A stretch of 64,000 bases of DNA, from positions 96,001-160,000 of IMG/VR virus record IMGVR_UViG_3300035698_016797. One strand, 5' to 3'. Positions within the stretch are counted from its first letter, which is position 1, and every line of letters starts with the position of its first letter. Position numbers and translations under genes: made by a program. A model generated the notes under the pieces. It ran no database searches, had not been told where the DNA came from, and saw only the letters and a program-made list of their open reading frames with translations. Positions 33,301 through 41,843 of the stretch are shown piece after piece. Source of the stretch: a virus.

Positions 33301-36300
33301 AGTTTTCTATATTCCCTAAGTGTTTCTTGTATTGCTTTTGTGCGAAGCTTTTCGAATGCTACTGATTCTTTTGTGACGTCCGAAACTTTTGTAGCGTTGT
33401 TAAGAAGGGTTAACATTCTGTGAGTATATGCTACTGGTTGTTCTCCGTCAAAAGCTTCTACTCCAGCTCCTGTAAGCTTAGAAACGGAAGCATCCGAACT
33501 CAGGCTTGAATAAGGAACATCTACTGTCGAGGCACCCTGCATTAGGTCTGCAATTTGAGCTTTTCCCTTTTTTGTATTCCCTTTTATGCCCTTTAAACGC
33601 TCTACCAACTCTCCTCCGGTTACAAGATCTCCAGGAACCCTTTCTCCCTTTGCTTCGGTATTTTCTTTGGTAAGTTGGATAAATCCTGCACTCATCATGC
33701 TCTTAGGAGTCATGTGAGACAGTCCTTTTGAGAGAAGTTGGAGTTTCTTCTGTGTTTCTGCAACTTCTTTTGCGGGTTCACCAGAAAGAATTTGCTGACG
33801 ATATTTGGCTATGTCGCTTTCCAATACTCCCAAAATCTTCATGTTTACACCACGCAAGTGCTCAGTAAGAGAATCGTTAATGGTGCGTAGACCCTTAACC
33901 ATATTCATTGCTTCTTTTTTGGTGGTGATTTCTTTAGCTTCTTGTTCGTCTACTTTTCCACCTATGGCAGCAATTGAGTCTACAACATGTCTCTCTTGTT
34001 TTATCTTAGCTTTTCCCTTTGCCTTCTTTTTGTCTTTTTTGACAGCTTCAGATGCTTCTTCTGCGGTAATTAGGTGATTTGGATCTATTCCCTGTTCCTT
34101 TTGAAGCTTTTTAGTTTGTGCTCTCAATCCTTCTGCCCCAGCAGCAGCAACCGGTATGGTTGAAGGCTTGGCAGCCAACATTGCGGCTGTCAGCTTAGAG
34201 AGTCCCTGAATAACAATAGACATTTCATCTTTAAGGGCACTAGTGGAAGTAATTCCAGAAAGAACTGTCCCATTAAGTATGTCTATCCCTTTTAATAAGA
34301 GAACAAATCCAAGAGGAACCCCTTTTCCTCCACCTGTGCCATCGCCTCCTGGCCCTTCTGGTGCAGCCGGTACGTCTGGAGGTGTTGTTGGTGGAACATT
34401 TCCGCCATCACCTGATCCAGCCTTTCCCCTAGATCCTCTGAGTTTTTTAGGTTTTTCAGAGTCTACAGATTTGGGAAGTTCCTCTGTTAAAACAGGCTTA
34501 TCTTGTGTATCCTTTACAGACTTTGCCGCCTTAACACTGGGTTTTGTAAGAGGCTTGTATGTAGAATCTAATCCAGGAAGAATTGCACGATCTATTAATC
34601 CTGACAACATCCCCATTGGGGGCATTCCAAGAGATTCTTTCATTCGAGATTCTGTCATTCCCGGTATTTGAGCTTTAAATTCTGTTCCGCCAGGTCCAAT
34701 CATGTGAGTTTGTTTTTCAGTTCTTGGAGTTGAAGAGACGTTGGTACTCACTTGTGAGTCTGTCATTCCGAAATATTTACCAAGACCCTCTACTTTGCCA
34801 ATCCTCTTTTTGTCTATTTGATAGCCATGCTCTCCCATAGATCCTGAAGCTCTGATGTTGGACATCATTTCAGCAATAAGTCTATTAAACTCAACGAATG
34901 TTCCCCTTAATCTACCCATGTCTTCATCGGAACCTTTAACCTTGATTCCCTTTTTTCCAGAAGTATAAGAGGGTCCAGTCTTTGCATCTTCTTTAAACCC
35001 AGCTATACCAAGAGAGCGTTTATAGAAGTCTGCCAACTGACTTTCTGGCAAATCTTTTTCAAATGTTCTTCCAAGACCACTTGCAGCCCCACTTTTTACT
35101 GTTCTTCCAGCTTGATATGCAAGGTCGTACGACCCATCTTTATTAGCTTTGACTGGAGTAATATTTTGCAATGCAGCAGCGTCCATTGAAACTTTTCCGC
35201 CACCGTGGAACTTTCTAGCAATTTCTACTCTTCCCTTAGATTGGAACTGTTCTGCTTCAAGAGATTTTGCGGAGGAAATTCTCTGTTTTTCAGAATCTAT
35301 TTTGCTGATGGCCGTTTGAATGCCGGTAAACAGTTTGTTTAGATTTTTTCTTGGAGCGTCTGAACTAATTCTATACTGTCCGTCTCTTCCCATTGCATAT
35401 TCTGCACCTGAAAGTTTTCCTTTTCCCTTTGTAAATCCAGCACTTTCAAGCTGCTCTTTTGACATATCTTTAAAACCTGCAATACTATCTTTTAGATTTC
35501 TAGGTGCTCCACCCTTAAACAGTTCGATTGCATCTTTAAGACCTCTCATGGCAGAACTTATCTGGGCTGCAACTTTAGCCTGCTCTTCTGCCTGTAGGCG
35601 TGCGGAGTGTAAAAACCTTTTACTATCTTCTGAAATCTTAACCGACTCTGGATCACCTAATATTTTATCAACAGACTTGCTTTCTTTACCTGTCAACTCT
35701 TTTGATCTTAGCATTTTGATTCCGCCAAGACGTGATCTTGCAACATCCAATAGACCACTATGATCTTCCCCACCCTTAGTACGAGTTTCAAGATCTGAAA
35801 TCATTTCTTTCAGGAGTTTTGTAGATCCTCCAGCTGTGATTGGATCAAATACATTCACACGTTTACCACCTGATCTCATTTCTTGTAAACGTGCGATGCC
35901 TTCTTCTGTTGCTCTTCCAACAAGTTTTGCCTTTTCAGGATCTTCAGATTCAGAGATTCCTCTTTTGACTGCCAAATCTTTAACACCTGCAAACGTAAAC
36001 ATCTTAGACGCGGCTGCTAATGGCTTTTGAAGAGCCTCTGCAAGCTGTGGAGTCATTGCATCTCTTTCATGTGGTGCAGAATCGTATTGTTTGTCACTTG
36101 CAATTCCCATCATTCTTGATGCTTCGTCCATTTTTTGAACACGAAAGTTCAAAGCCCTTGCCTCTTCAGAGTTTTGTTCCTTATTTGACATGCTTCCAAG
36201 TCTTGAAACCAGTCCACTTCTTGCCTCTCCAACATGTTTCATTGTACCGGCAAGACTATATCCCTTCTGACCCCCTGTCCTCTCTTGCAAAGAAAGTTTA

Positions 36301-39300
36301 TTGTTAGCAACCTGAGTGTATGTTGCAATTGCAATTCTTCTCAAAGAGTCTTTGACTGCATTTGCAAATTCTCTCGAATCTGATGTGACGTTTTTACTTT
36401 CTTTATATGCAGCAACGGTTTCATCAACCTTTGAAACTCTTCTTCTGTCTTTAACTTCTTCTGGTGTCAGGTCTTTTTCTTGTAGTGCAAAACGCTCCAT
36501 GCGAAGTTTCAACGATTGTCCATACTCAGATTCTCGCCCTTCTGGTGAAGCCTGTATAAAACTATTAGTCTTACTTCTAAATGTAGTTGCGTCATAATCT
36601 CCAGCATTATAGGCCGATCTTGCAGCATTAAATCCCTGGGTCAGCTCTGGAGAGTTGATACTGGCAACTCCCTTACTCATTTCAAGAACATCCGGCTTAA
36701 AGGTTTTGTGCGCAGTCTGCAATCTTTTGCGTGCACCTCTTGATTTTCCAATCATTGCAGATTTTTCTTCTTGGATTTGAGCCTCTACTGCCATTGTCTG
36801 TTTAGATATCTGCCCTGTTTCAATTGGAGCCATGAGATTTGCAGTGCCAGAACTGCGCATGGCAGATTCCCAACGGTCTTTCAACATTTCTGAAAGTGCT
36901 TCTCCATCAGCCTTAACTCCACCAGGGTCCATTGCTCCAAACATTGCACCAGCAAATTGACTAGTAGATCCAGCATGTGTTGCAGATATGCCGGTTTGAT
37001 TTGCCCAAGTGTCAGACATCCCCTTAATTCTGGACGCTGTGCCGGAATACCCCACTGGCTTTCTCTTCAAAGTTTTTCCAGGCATGTCCTTGTAAAAATC
37101 TTCCTCTTTGGTAGAGAACGGAATATGTGATAGTCTTGTGTCAAACAATCCAATTCTTGCAGCTTCTGCCGCCTGAGCCTCTCCCCTTCTGTCCTTTTTT
37201 ACATCTCCATATTTTGACCAAGCTTGTTTAAGATTTACCCCTGTCTGAGCAGAAACATCAGCCATTGGAACGCGCCTTCCTTCATCATCCTTAGCTTCTC
37301 TGTATATCTTTAACGCGTCAACCACAGAGTCCATCTCTTTACCTGTGCGAATCAGTGCAGCCTTTTCTTCTGTCCTATTTGTTCCTTCGGCCTTAGAATA
37401 AGCCTTAGAACTTTCCCCAGAATAGTGCTGAATAACCTCGTCTGTGTCAAAATCTTTAATCCCCCTAGAGCCGGACCTTCCGATAATTTGTCCTTGCTCA
37501 TAAATCTGTGATTTTGTTCCCCTTTGAGCTTTTCTTCCAGCCATCTTTTCAACTTCAGCGATATATCGAGATCCTTCAATAACAAAGTCTCTTATTTCTT
37601 TTGTTGCGGCAATTGCCATTGCAGCGTCTGGTCTTCCACTCAACTCTGGAATGCGTGCTTCAAGTTCTTTGGCAATAGATCCCTGACTCTGCTTCATTCC
37701 AACTCCAGCTTTACCACCAACCGTTCCTGTTAAAGCTCCCATATTATTGAGAATCATATCCTGAACTTCTCTCAATCCTGTTCCAGATCCTTCAAACTGA
37801 GAACCTTTCATTTTCCTAACATTTTTATACGAACGAATTGTTCTAAAGAACGATTCGTGCATCCCCATTTGATCTTCGGGAACACCTGTTGCAGTCAGCT
37901 GTTTGTCTCTAAATTTTTCGGTTGCTTTATCAAGAGACATGTTTGGATAAGCCCTTGAGTATGCGGTCTTGGCTGTTGATGTTGCAACATCTCCACCATA
38001 CAGAGAGGACAGTGTAGCTGGATCTTTAGGGTTTCTAAGTAACGCTCCAAGACCGCCTTCGATTCCACCCATCTCTCTAAGCTGTCTTGTCTTGGAAGTT
38101 TCAAACCCTGGCATTCTGGCGTATCCCTTTTTGGCACCATTCTGCCTATAGTAGTCAAGAAAATGTCCGGCATCCTGAGTGGAAAGAGGAGCTTCTGTCG
38201 TGTCTCTTAATTGTTTTCCAGAATTTTTTACTAAATTGCCTGCCAACGAAGCTCTGTCAACCTTTTGCCCTTTTGGAAGTTCTTCTAGCATATTACTAAC
38301 GGACTGTAGTAAAATGTCTCTCCCAACTGGCCCACCAAGACGTTCTATTAAATTCCCTCTTTGTCCACCCCTATCGACAACATTTTGTTTAATTCTTTCT
38401 CCACCAGCTGCTGTTGCCTTTGCATATCCTCCGCTTCCAAGGCCAATTAGTTCACCTTGTGCAGCTTCAAGTAAATCTTTTCCATGACTGGATTTAGACT
38501 CAAAAACGCGACCTCTTACTGCGTCAGTAAGTTTGCCTTGCTTTTTAAGTTGATCTGCTGTTACACCTAGACTTCTGGTTGCACCGTTGGATGCAGTTTC
38601 AATAGTCTCAAGAGCCTTTGCAACCTCTAACAGTTTAGCAGCTTTTCCAATTTGTCTTTGTTGACTTTCTGTTGGTTTTGGGAATGCTTCTTTAAGAGTA
38701 TTTAAAGCACTGGTCATTTCCGAAATAGAAGCGGTTTCATACGCTCCAGTAGTTCTTTTTACAGAGCTTTCACCCTCCGAAAACTCGTCAAACATCGTTC
38801 CAATTTCACTACGGTTCCATTCATTAGAAGATGTACTTTTTGACGTGTTGCCAGATGTAAGAGTGGATTCCACAATATTAGAGAATTCATTTCTAGTATT
38901 CATTCCAGCAAGACCCATCGCAGCCTTTCTATAGTCAACAAGTTTTTCACTATCAATTGCTGGAGTTTTAGTTGCAACTTTTTCCGCACGTCTTTGTGAA
39001 GATGCCCCTCCAGTCTTTGCTAATACAGCAGAACTTGAGCTGGTAATAGCCGTAAACGTGTCTTTAAGTAAACTCTTAAACTCTTTGCCTGATGTGTCTG
39101 CCATTCCTTCTGGGAATGTTTTTTCTACTCTATCTCCTATTTCACTTCCAATCCCTCCACGACGATAAAGTCTTTTCTTTCCTTCCTCCACTCTTCCAAA
39201 CTCTTGAGAAGCACTCATTACCGCATAACTCATGGCGCTGGAAGCGCCCTCTTTTTCGTTTATGCCATAGTGTTTTAGTTGACGACCGCCAAGACCCATG

Positions 39301-40847
39301 TTTGCTTGAACGGTTGCTTTGCGTAAAAGTTCATTTACAATGGAGACATGTCCTCCAGAAATAACTTCCCCTCTGCCTCTTTTTGCCTCTGCTGTTTGGG
39401 CTAAATTGGCACGTTCGTTTTGCATTCCTCCAATACGACTTCCAGATCTACCTATAATTTCATTTTTTAGGTTGCCCAAAGCTTGAGAAACTGACACATC
39501 TTTACCTTTTGAGGGTACAACTTTTCCTCCATGTCCTCCATTCTCTGTGCTCGTAATATAATCGGTGAGAGCCTTTTCTTTGGCCCTGATCATTTTTTGA
39601 ATGCCTTCTCCGAGTCCCTTTGTTTGGGTTGCAGACTGAAGACTATCAATCAAGCCGTCCATTCCACCTCCACCTTTTTTGACATGGGATATGAGCTTTT
39701 TGGCAAAGTTTTGAGACACGTTCATTTCACTTTTGCCCACAGCGGAAGCTAGATCCTTTGGATTCATTCCACTTTGAGCGGCAACTCCAACTCCCATCAT
39801 GTCTGCAAGAATTTCATTAGTGGCTGCTCTGCGAACTGTGTGTTTTTTTACACTACTTCCCTTTTTTCTGGTGGCAATTTCATAATCTCTGGTTCCGGCC
39901 TGAAGATTTCCAATACTGTTTTTCTTTGCAGCGGCTCCAACAGCATGAACCATTTCGTGAGCAGCTCTTGTTGCATCCATGACACCGCTTTGCTTACCGC
40001 GCATAGTTATATCGTATTTGCCTTTGCCTCCTTGGGCAATATAGGCTCCGGTGTCAGGATTGTTTGCGAAGGTTGGAGAGGTACTATTTGAACGTCTTTG
40101 GAATTTAACACCAAAGTTTCTGTCGAAGGATTTGCCTAGAGCATCTATCTGTCTAAGCATGTTGGAGAAGGTGGAACGGGAAGATGAGTCAACGTCACGA
40201 AGGTCTTTTGCAACCCTAGAAAACGCATCATCTTTATCTGCTCCCCCAGTACGTCTAGTTGAACTTTCTCTTTTGTGGGAACTTGCAGAAGCGGCAGTTG
40301 CCCCAGGAGACTGTTGAGCCTTTTTCTTAACGGTGCTTACGGTGTTGCCAACAGCAGCTATTTGTTGCTGTGTTGATTGAACACTTGCATCCATCTTTTG
40401 TAAAATTGCTCTCATTGCGGCAGCGTTTTCTCCGCCACCACTTGAAGTTCCACCACTACTTGATCCTCCACTACTTGGAGAAGTTCCACCACCACCTGAT
40501 TCGCTTACTCTCTTGACTGCTGCTGTTGCAGCTTGGTCGATTTTGGAAATTGCAGCATTTGCTATAGTCCCAAGCGTAGATCTATAGTCATCTTTCATTT
40601 TTTTCATTGTCCCACTTCTGCGTCTAGTGGTTGCAGTAATAGATGTATCTAGTTTTTTAAGATCTTTCACTATAGACTTAAGAGGTTCTATATTGTCCTT
40701 TACACCCTTCAGGCTTTCTGTTGCAGTATTCATTGCATTAACATACGACTGAAGATTCTCGGCATTTTTTCCAATTGCCGCAGTATCTTTATCATCAAGG
40801 TTGAAACGAACGTTGACGCCCCATTGTTCTGTCATACTCTCTGCCAT
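24327..40847 (-). CDS. Tape measure protein (5506 aa) with a long N-terminal extension
   Basis: TP901-type TMP core at about 32450-32980 (FESAVVNVTKV...AKEFGTS...ETANAM...LAQAVKQSG...FDELNG...GNQLGRSF). Coiled coils, hydrophobic and Gly-rich segments, AGGAGG SD; follows the tail tube and chaperone genes. Confidence 0.9.
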   Translation of the reverse strand: MAESMTEQWGVNVRFNLDDKDTAAIGKNAENLQSYVNAMNTATESLKGVKDNIEPLKSIVKDLKKLDTSITATTRRRSGTMKKMKDDYRSTLGTIANAAISKIDQAATAAVKRVSESGGGGTSPSSGGSSSGGTSSGGGENAAAMRAILQKMDASVQSTQQQIAAVGNTVSTVKKKAQQSPGATAASASSHKRESSTRRTGGADKDDAFSRVAKDLRDVDSSSRSTFSNMLRQIDALGKSFDRNFGVKFQRRSNSTSPTFANNPDTGAYIAQGGKGKYDITMRGKQSGVMDATRAAHEMVHAVGAAAKKNSIGNLQAGTRDYEIATRKKGSSVKKHTVRRAATNEILADMMGVGVAAQSGMNPKDLASAVGKSEMNVSQNFAKKLISHVKKGGGGMDGLIDSLQSATQTKGLGEGIQKMIRAKEKALTDYITSTENGGHGGKVVPSKGKDVSVSQALGNLKNEIIGRSGSRIGGMQNERANLAQTAEAKRGRGEVISGGHVSIVNELLRKATVQANMGLGGRQLKHYGINEKEGASSAMSYAVMSASQEFGRVEEGKKRLYRRGGIGSEIGDRVEKTFPEGMADTSGKEFKSLLKDTFTAITSSSSAVLAKTGGASSQRRAEKVATKTPAIDSEKLVDYRKAAMGLAGMNTRNEFSNIVESTLTSGNTSKSTSSNEWNRSEIGTMFDEFSEGESSVKRTTGAYETASISEMTSALNTLKEAFPKPTESQQRQIGKAAKLLEVAKALETIETASNGATRSLGVTADQLKKQGKLTDAVRGRVFESKSSHGKDLLEAAQGELIGLGSGGYAKATAAGGERIKQNVVDRGGQRGNLIERLGGPVGRDILLQSVSNMLEELPKGQKVDRASLAGNLVKNSGKQLRDTTEAPLSTQDAGHFLDYYRQNGAKKGYARMPGFETSKTRQLREMGGIEGGLGALLRNPKDPATLSSLYGGDVATSTAKTAYSRAYPNMSLDKATEKFRDKQLTATGVPEDQMGMHESFFRTIRSYKNVRKMKGSQFEGSGTGLREVQDMILNNMGALTGTVGGKAGVGMKQSQGSIAKELEARIPELSGRPDAAMAIAATKEIRDFVIEGSRYIAEVEKMAGRKAQRGTKSQIYEQGQIIGRSGSRGIKDFDTDEVIQHYSGESSKAYSKAEGTNRTEEKAALIRTGKEMDSVVDALKIYREAKDDEGRRVPMADVSAQTGVNLKQAWSKYGDVKKDRRGEAQAAEAARIGLFDTRLSHIPFSTKEEDFYKDMPGKTLKRKPVGYSGTASRIKGMSDTWANQTGISATHAGSTSQFAGAMFGAMDPGGVKADGEALSEMLKDRWESAMRSSGTANLMAPIETGQISKQTMAVEAQIQEEKSAMIGKSRGARKRLQTAHKTFKPDVLEMSKGVASINSPELTQGFNAARSAYNAGDYDATTFRSKTNSFIQASPEGRESEYGQSLKLRMERFALQEKDLTPEEVKDRRRVSKVDETVAAYKESKNVTSDSREFANAVKDSLRRIAIATYTQVANNKLSLQERTGGQKGYSLAGTMKHVGEARSGLVSRLGSMSNKEQNSEEARALNFRVQKMDEASRMMGIASDKQYDSAPHERDAMTPQLAEALQKPLAAASKMFTFAGVKDLAVKRGISESEDPEKAKLVGRATEEGIARLQEMRSGGKRVNVFDPITAGGSTKLLKEMISDLETRTKGGEDHSGLLDVARSRLGGIKMLRSKELTGKESKSVDKILGDPESVKISEDSKRFLHSARLQAEEQAKVAAQISSAMRGLKDAIELFKGGAPRNLKDSIAGFKDMSKEQLESAGFTKGKGKLSGAEYAMGRDGQYRISSDAPRKNLNKLFTGIQTAISKIDSEKQRISSAKSLEAEQFQSKGRVEIARKFHGGGKVSMDAAALQNITPVKANKDGSYDLAYQAGRTVKSGAASGLGRTFEKDLPESQLADFYKRSLGIAGFKEDAKTGPSYTSGKKGIKVKGSDEDMGRLRGTFVEFNRLIAEMMSNIRASGSMGEHGYQIDKKRIGKVEGLGKYFGMTDSQVSTNVSSTPRTEKQTHMIGPGGTEFKAQIPGMTESRMKESLGMPPMGMLSGLIDRAILPGLDSTYKPLTKPSVKAAKSVKDTQDKPVLTEELPKSVDSEKPKKLRGSRGKAGSGDGGNVPPTTPPDVPAAPEGPGGDGTGGGKGVPLGFVLLLKGIDILNGTVLSGITSTSALKDEMSIVIQGLSKLTAAMLAAKPSTIPVAAAGAEGLRAQTKKLQKEQGIDPNHLITAEEASEAVKKDKKKAKGKAKIKQERHVVDSIAAIGGKVDEQEAKEITTKKEAMNMVKGLRTINDSLTEHLRGVNMKILGVLESDIAKYRQQILSGEPAKEVAETQKKLQLLSKGLSHMTPKSMMSAGFIQLTKENTEAKGERVPGDLVTGGELVERLKGIKGNTKKGKAQIADLMQGASTVDVPYSSLSSDASVSKLTGAGVEAFDGEQPVAYTHRMLTLLNNATKVSDVTKESVAFEKLRTKAIQETLREYRKLEGLAKNKKVTLSEMRANMSPKTAQGLQEGLRSRLSHMASAGEGKASTLQTADPSALARHEKQVGKTARETLAAEYSVNKLVKGVANRVVLYGGMSFALYGVIHRLRNAVQTMTQFESAVVNVTKVMNPLFVNIEQVSQSSQRMAKEFGTSIVETANAMTIFAQQGKSAAAATQLAETAMIASNTTVLKAAEATESLTAAIRQFNIEDKDSIRILDAWNEVENRTAVTSATLAQAVKQSGTAARIAGITFDELNGFVAAVGSSTRQTGNQLGRSFRYILSHLRTDEAVEALQNLGIAVYNADGQFRDAFSILQQLGGRWKTLTNVQRQNAAITIAGTRRYNSILVLMDKWDDVIKSTKLSLDSQGSTFRENQKVMDTTEKQLASMRAGFQSLYAQIGDSGALSILKSIASLTKDVTGIFEKMPGKSLFATAGVLGGIGAVGARAFRFSGLDQFVAHGGERQGVNKAMNSRMSKWRKEQGITGFARTGFGGKGTGFGKFLGQNETSETMTNDILQARLAARSARGEGTSPEQEQELKRGAGETAKARLEKEQIYFSGMGKAWDKQKNKIAEVGEQTHMFFNRYRLQLTMTGIAMKTFAQTQKDMFSPSGRTMMGDVANATGSIVMNQAIFGTMVGNMVGSSEKVGSAIGGINKMLVKSTKTAFQFKQGWVAAGLAILATLTLSRRAIGDIGKRITGSEALTRRIIGLEQERLKTLDASLSVYMRISDLMKNSQPITPIDMQNFKDAEDALSRLLPGARKIGAPALYNGINADAAESAFGNSEKRDKTRKQLRSKASTSAFFQSTGMFGGTLFDSLVGQMKGYNKGLDKLELERRSIDAKIAKVGPEKALKDGPLGMGRSLLEKRARIDQSIIKMSDAQSTIRTQVDKQSEHVYRAIEDQGTAVYMAMRGIKSASTMMNTLTKEEKIALSTLAKHSSEQQVVSELARKKISQSFKGLSFRMSPGVKKVLEERAEQFILFEDMTRKASEGMRAFTVQRTKFLGKNGKFTGEGAGDTSNINFEVNKDSDTTTVRKGALKALSVQAPDIDLKKYEDVIISLDTLGSGLLRTPLKALKRFGTTSKTLFQSIIDNYSIMKMQMEHPLKLQQFTLFQTDTLPELRRQIQLTSKSMESLPKLIGAIGPEFQTAINNIENAKLNVESLGSTIAMMGKMAQKPEGSISDMFSAGMASMAMNEKQRQLILELPTLYARAVSQSAKQTAKGFYDMGEGADGALKTFQSYADWMNQIFQMANLDYSTEKLVAEFNDVSDAQERARLGSNKLTEALLLAQSILEKQAYTQLRSSIKEVTDLSVKASEGLKKVHGQAGKLSRIQVGKALVKDFQLTTDAARRINSEVNSLFSNTRQQLNALQAPMDAVATSLLRQIQRRKRNAQELKEEIQGLTKSITEYRNMANKSDGAKDEMGNLEQKIKAARTQLNALNKSIKEFSNMRQVLVQSADAQERYKDSIIASRVELDNFFKNYKEFTQYLNSYQKIIKGVASSEISNMRALNITISTVANQLASIRKQEGDLKALRDRYQLHENISAAQAEVNKLSQMGAKFEAELAKLAEQKANAQLKMLSAMAKQVQLQKRSRAEYSAAKMLGSGVFQAQVNMTKTVTGEMKEIAVVAAQVMNQFEGRLPEAVTATMRGAIAQAGKAIKNVNRESDPAMRKNFAMASGQEKAAYGYIQALKSSGKSLEGIFSDPGLKQLAKTSTLIGALVDKMARNEESIALAEASKLQMNAAEIIFAAATTMLVAARAKAAPVEISEIEALGQKLAAGIGGSGGMSPDSFRQWDALTKKQIAGAGNDEKSGMVELVKMMSMMLRASMGDRGTVRDVITGQNVGNMGLPHEARGTGRSYKSTNGRIPLGRSQPLLSVLHGQERVLSANEVDSYERLGVPGFETGSKIPFGVGWREKFKLSEGMAESIGANKFGLGGVVAVGGAFEAGKHAYELHENISTAMDLKNLREGESFDKNNLYAQMVGNLSGIGSTGAMGISGLKKVIGKNSSVGLGTAGIGMSAVNHASNIGAAWMDDDKSTFGKLRSTAWESGMFGLDSSILNKLNPGSFKKATELAGSTLRASTGKVGPMAKGIGDALGSARGGIGKALTAAKGQIGNALVNGKAAMPTMGRHAGNVGRGAGKVLGSAGKLAGKALGSAAATTAFTTSAIGSLINVGGVGMEALAGGDKGGNASLLSARGATHGTGQLMRGVGTTVANLGLPLALKTLKESGRGVGNLFKSDKEDSVGTISTADRMIAATAEDGNSSFLNRGGMTIFGSAGVDFGIGEGLARGDSKDSMRANYGHRLGQLMKANLTSSTLTKRGTDTSANAGNVFEFLEELRKLGAGNRKTRYDSGMSKFLSNQLGNNAIPTNYKSAFAATDIYPQFDWPNVGQHLSKISRKGTAGSLISKLMDTEKYTDGDRFAMYESWMSRLVTGSMPLPDEKKRFVEKLKELEPLSLKRATTVGNLEGDDDRNKRVYGDWRHHVQAIKDKIAEHVKRREPTRAVKLMSDLEFKNEELFKAMKADPGFTKFYNNQLYNEAPTQVAKWLKEASAFHQNRSQEVGPGGRPTKQARQSENRIKELKEMKDSLKKSGALRTLESFQKTYPDATLEDFHKGGNSFLSYEKSRYSDLNRGEKISSLEQRIKALNRSILLKTDGEGREYNIATGEFVQTMQSRARYGDPKNRKQGDVWLKEELQKQKQLELLKQEKSELETSKTTSSSKSLMAISTRPKQREINIANPQVMSGSKAKVIRPKRKVHVEKAMLDAMSWKDQAKYIQDLRDRGYHIVIKKSKIGDPGIKSDPYAKVPKKPNVLHGRPSNEGLGVLAKFRSGELTVDEAKKMAGGRQFKNGSRGRLPGSRNMAQLALLHGQERVLSAGDVDTFEKMGVPGFANGSGRNVSTSDFARANDAQFAPVVNQFRQVAEEFKLAVENMKTISGSEGNISSAHVEHEGNVEVSIDDSVTEMLTELRALIIQAQDTRDQLQTGQIVQDQSIG

Positions 40848-40866
40848 TGTGTCTTCCTCCTAAAAC

Positions 40867-41781
40867 CTAAAGTGAATCAAACGATGTTCTAACTTTGTAA
40901 GGTTGATCAACCTTATAGCTTTTACCGTTTGCCGGTGTGTCACCACCTTTCTTGTTTCTCTTGTTCATTTGTTGAATCCAATCAAAAAGACTTTCATCAT
41001 CTTCTATAATTTCTGCTGATGGAGCTTGTGGGTATGCATAGATGTCGTCATAAAAATCACTCCAATAACAAATAGCAACCTTATTTTTATCCCACGATGC
41101 ACTTGCTCCTTCGAAAACTGACGCTCCAGTTTGTTTTGAAGCCTTCCATCTTTGTCTCCACTCTAACGTGCGTGCTAAGGCTCTTATTACAGAAGGGTCA
41201 ATTCCAATCATCATTATGATGAAGTTTTGCTTTGCCATCATTACAAATCTCTTGTCGTGAGATTTCTCAAAGTCCTTATACGTTGTCCAGTATTGTGTAT
41301 CAAGCTCTTCTCCGTGCATTGTGCAGCAGGATAACAGATACATCATGCGTACCTCTTCTGCTTTTAATTCGATAGTGTTCTCTAAGATACTATCCTCTAT
41401 AATCTCAAGTTGTCTCAACTCTCTTCTTAAATCTTCAGACTTCTTTTGTAGCTCTCCAACCTGTATGTCTGAATTTGTTATTTCTTTTGCCCTATCAAAT
41501 GATTCAAGCTGCTTTTTTATGCGTTCTGTTTTGTGATAAAAGTCTGTAGGTAAAAGACCATGCTTTTTGATTATTTGTTTCATATCTTCTATGGTAGGGA
41601 GTCCTGCCTGTTGTAATTTTTTACAGGTCTTTGCATAAGTTAGTCTAGCTCTGTCCCTGTTTGATATTGTTGGAAATTTTACAGCATAAATTTCTCCATC
41701 AAGGCCAATAAACATCTTTTTGCCGGTAATGATTTCTACCAACAACTCTTCTATCTCTTGTTTGTTTAGATCAATTTTCAT
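40867..41781 (-). CDS. Tail assembly chaperone 2 (GT-like; paralog of the upstream chaperone plus a C-terminal extension)
   Basis: Immediately upstream of the TMP; shares FPT, E-x-KAE and W-x-T-[FY] motifs with 41844..42554. Start uncertain: 41781 (after the terminator) or 41823/41820. Confidence 0.65.
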   Translation of the reverse strand: MKIDLNKQEIEELLVEIITGKKMFIGLDGEIYAVKFPTISNRDRARLTYAKTCKKLQQAGLPTIEDMKQIIKKHGLLPTDFYHKTERIKKQLESFDRAKEITNSDIQVGELQKKSEDLRRELRQLEIIEDSILENTIELKAEEVRMMYLLSCCTMHGEELDTQYWTTYKDFEKSHDKRFVMMAKQNFIIMMIGIDPSVIRALARTLEWRQRWKASKQTGASVFEGASASWDKNKVAICYWSDFYDDIYAYPQAPSAEIIEDDESLFDWIQQMNKRNKKGGDTPANGKSYKVDQPYKVRTSFDSL

Positions 41782-41784
41782 GGT

Positions 41785-41820
41785 AAAAAAAATGACAAGG
41801 GAGTATTCCTCCCTTGTCAT
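41785..41820 (-). terminator. Rho-independent terminator between the two tail chaperone genes
   Basis: Perfect 12-bp stem ATGACAAGGGAG-GAATA-CTCCCTTGTCAT followed by 7 T on the minus strand. Confidence 0.85.
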
Positions 41821-41843
41821 CATATCTTTTTGTGAGTTTTGAT

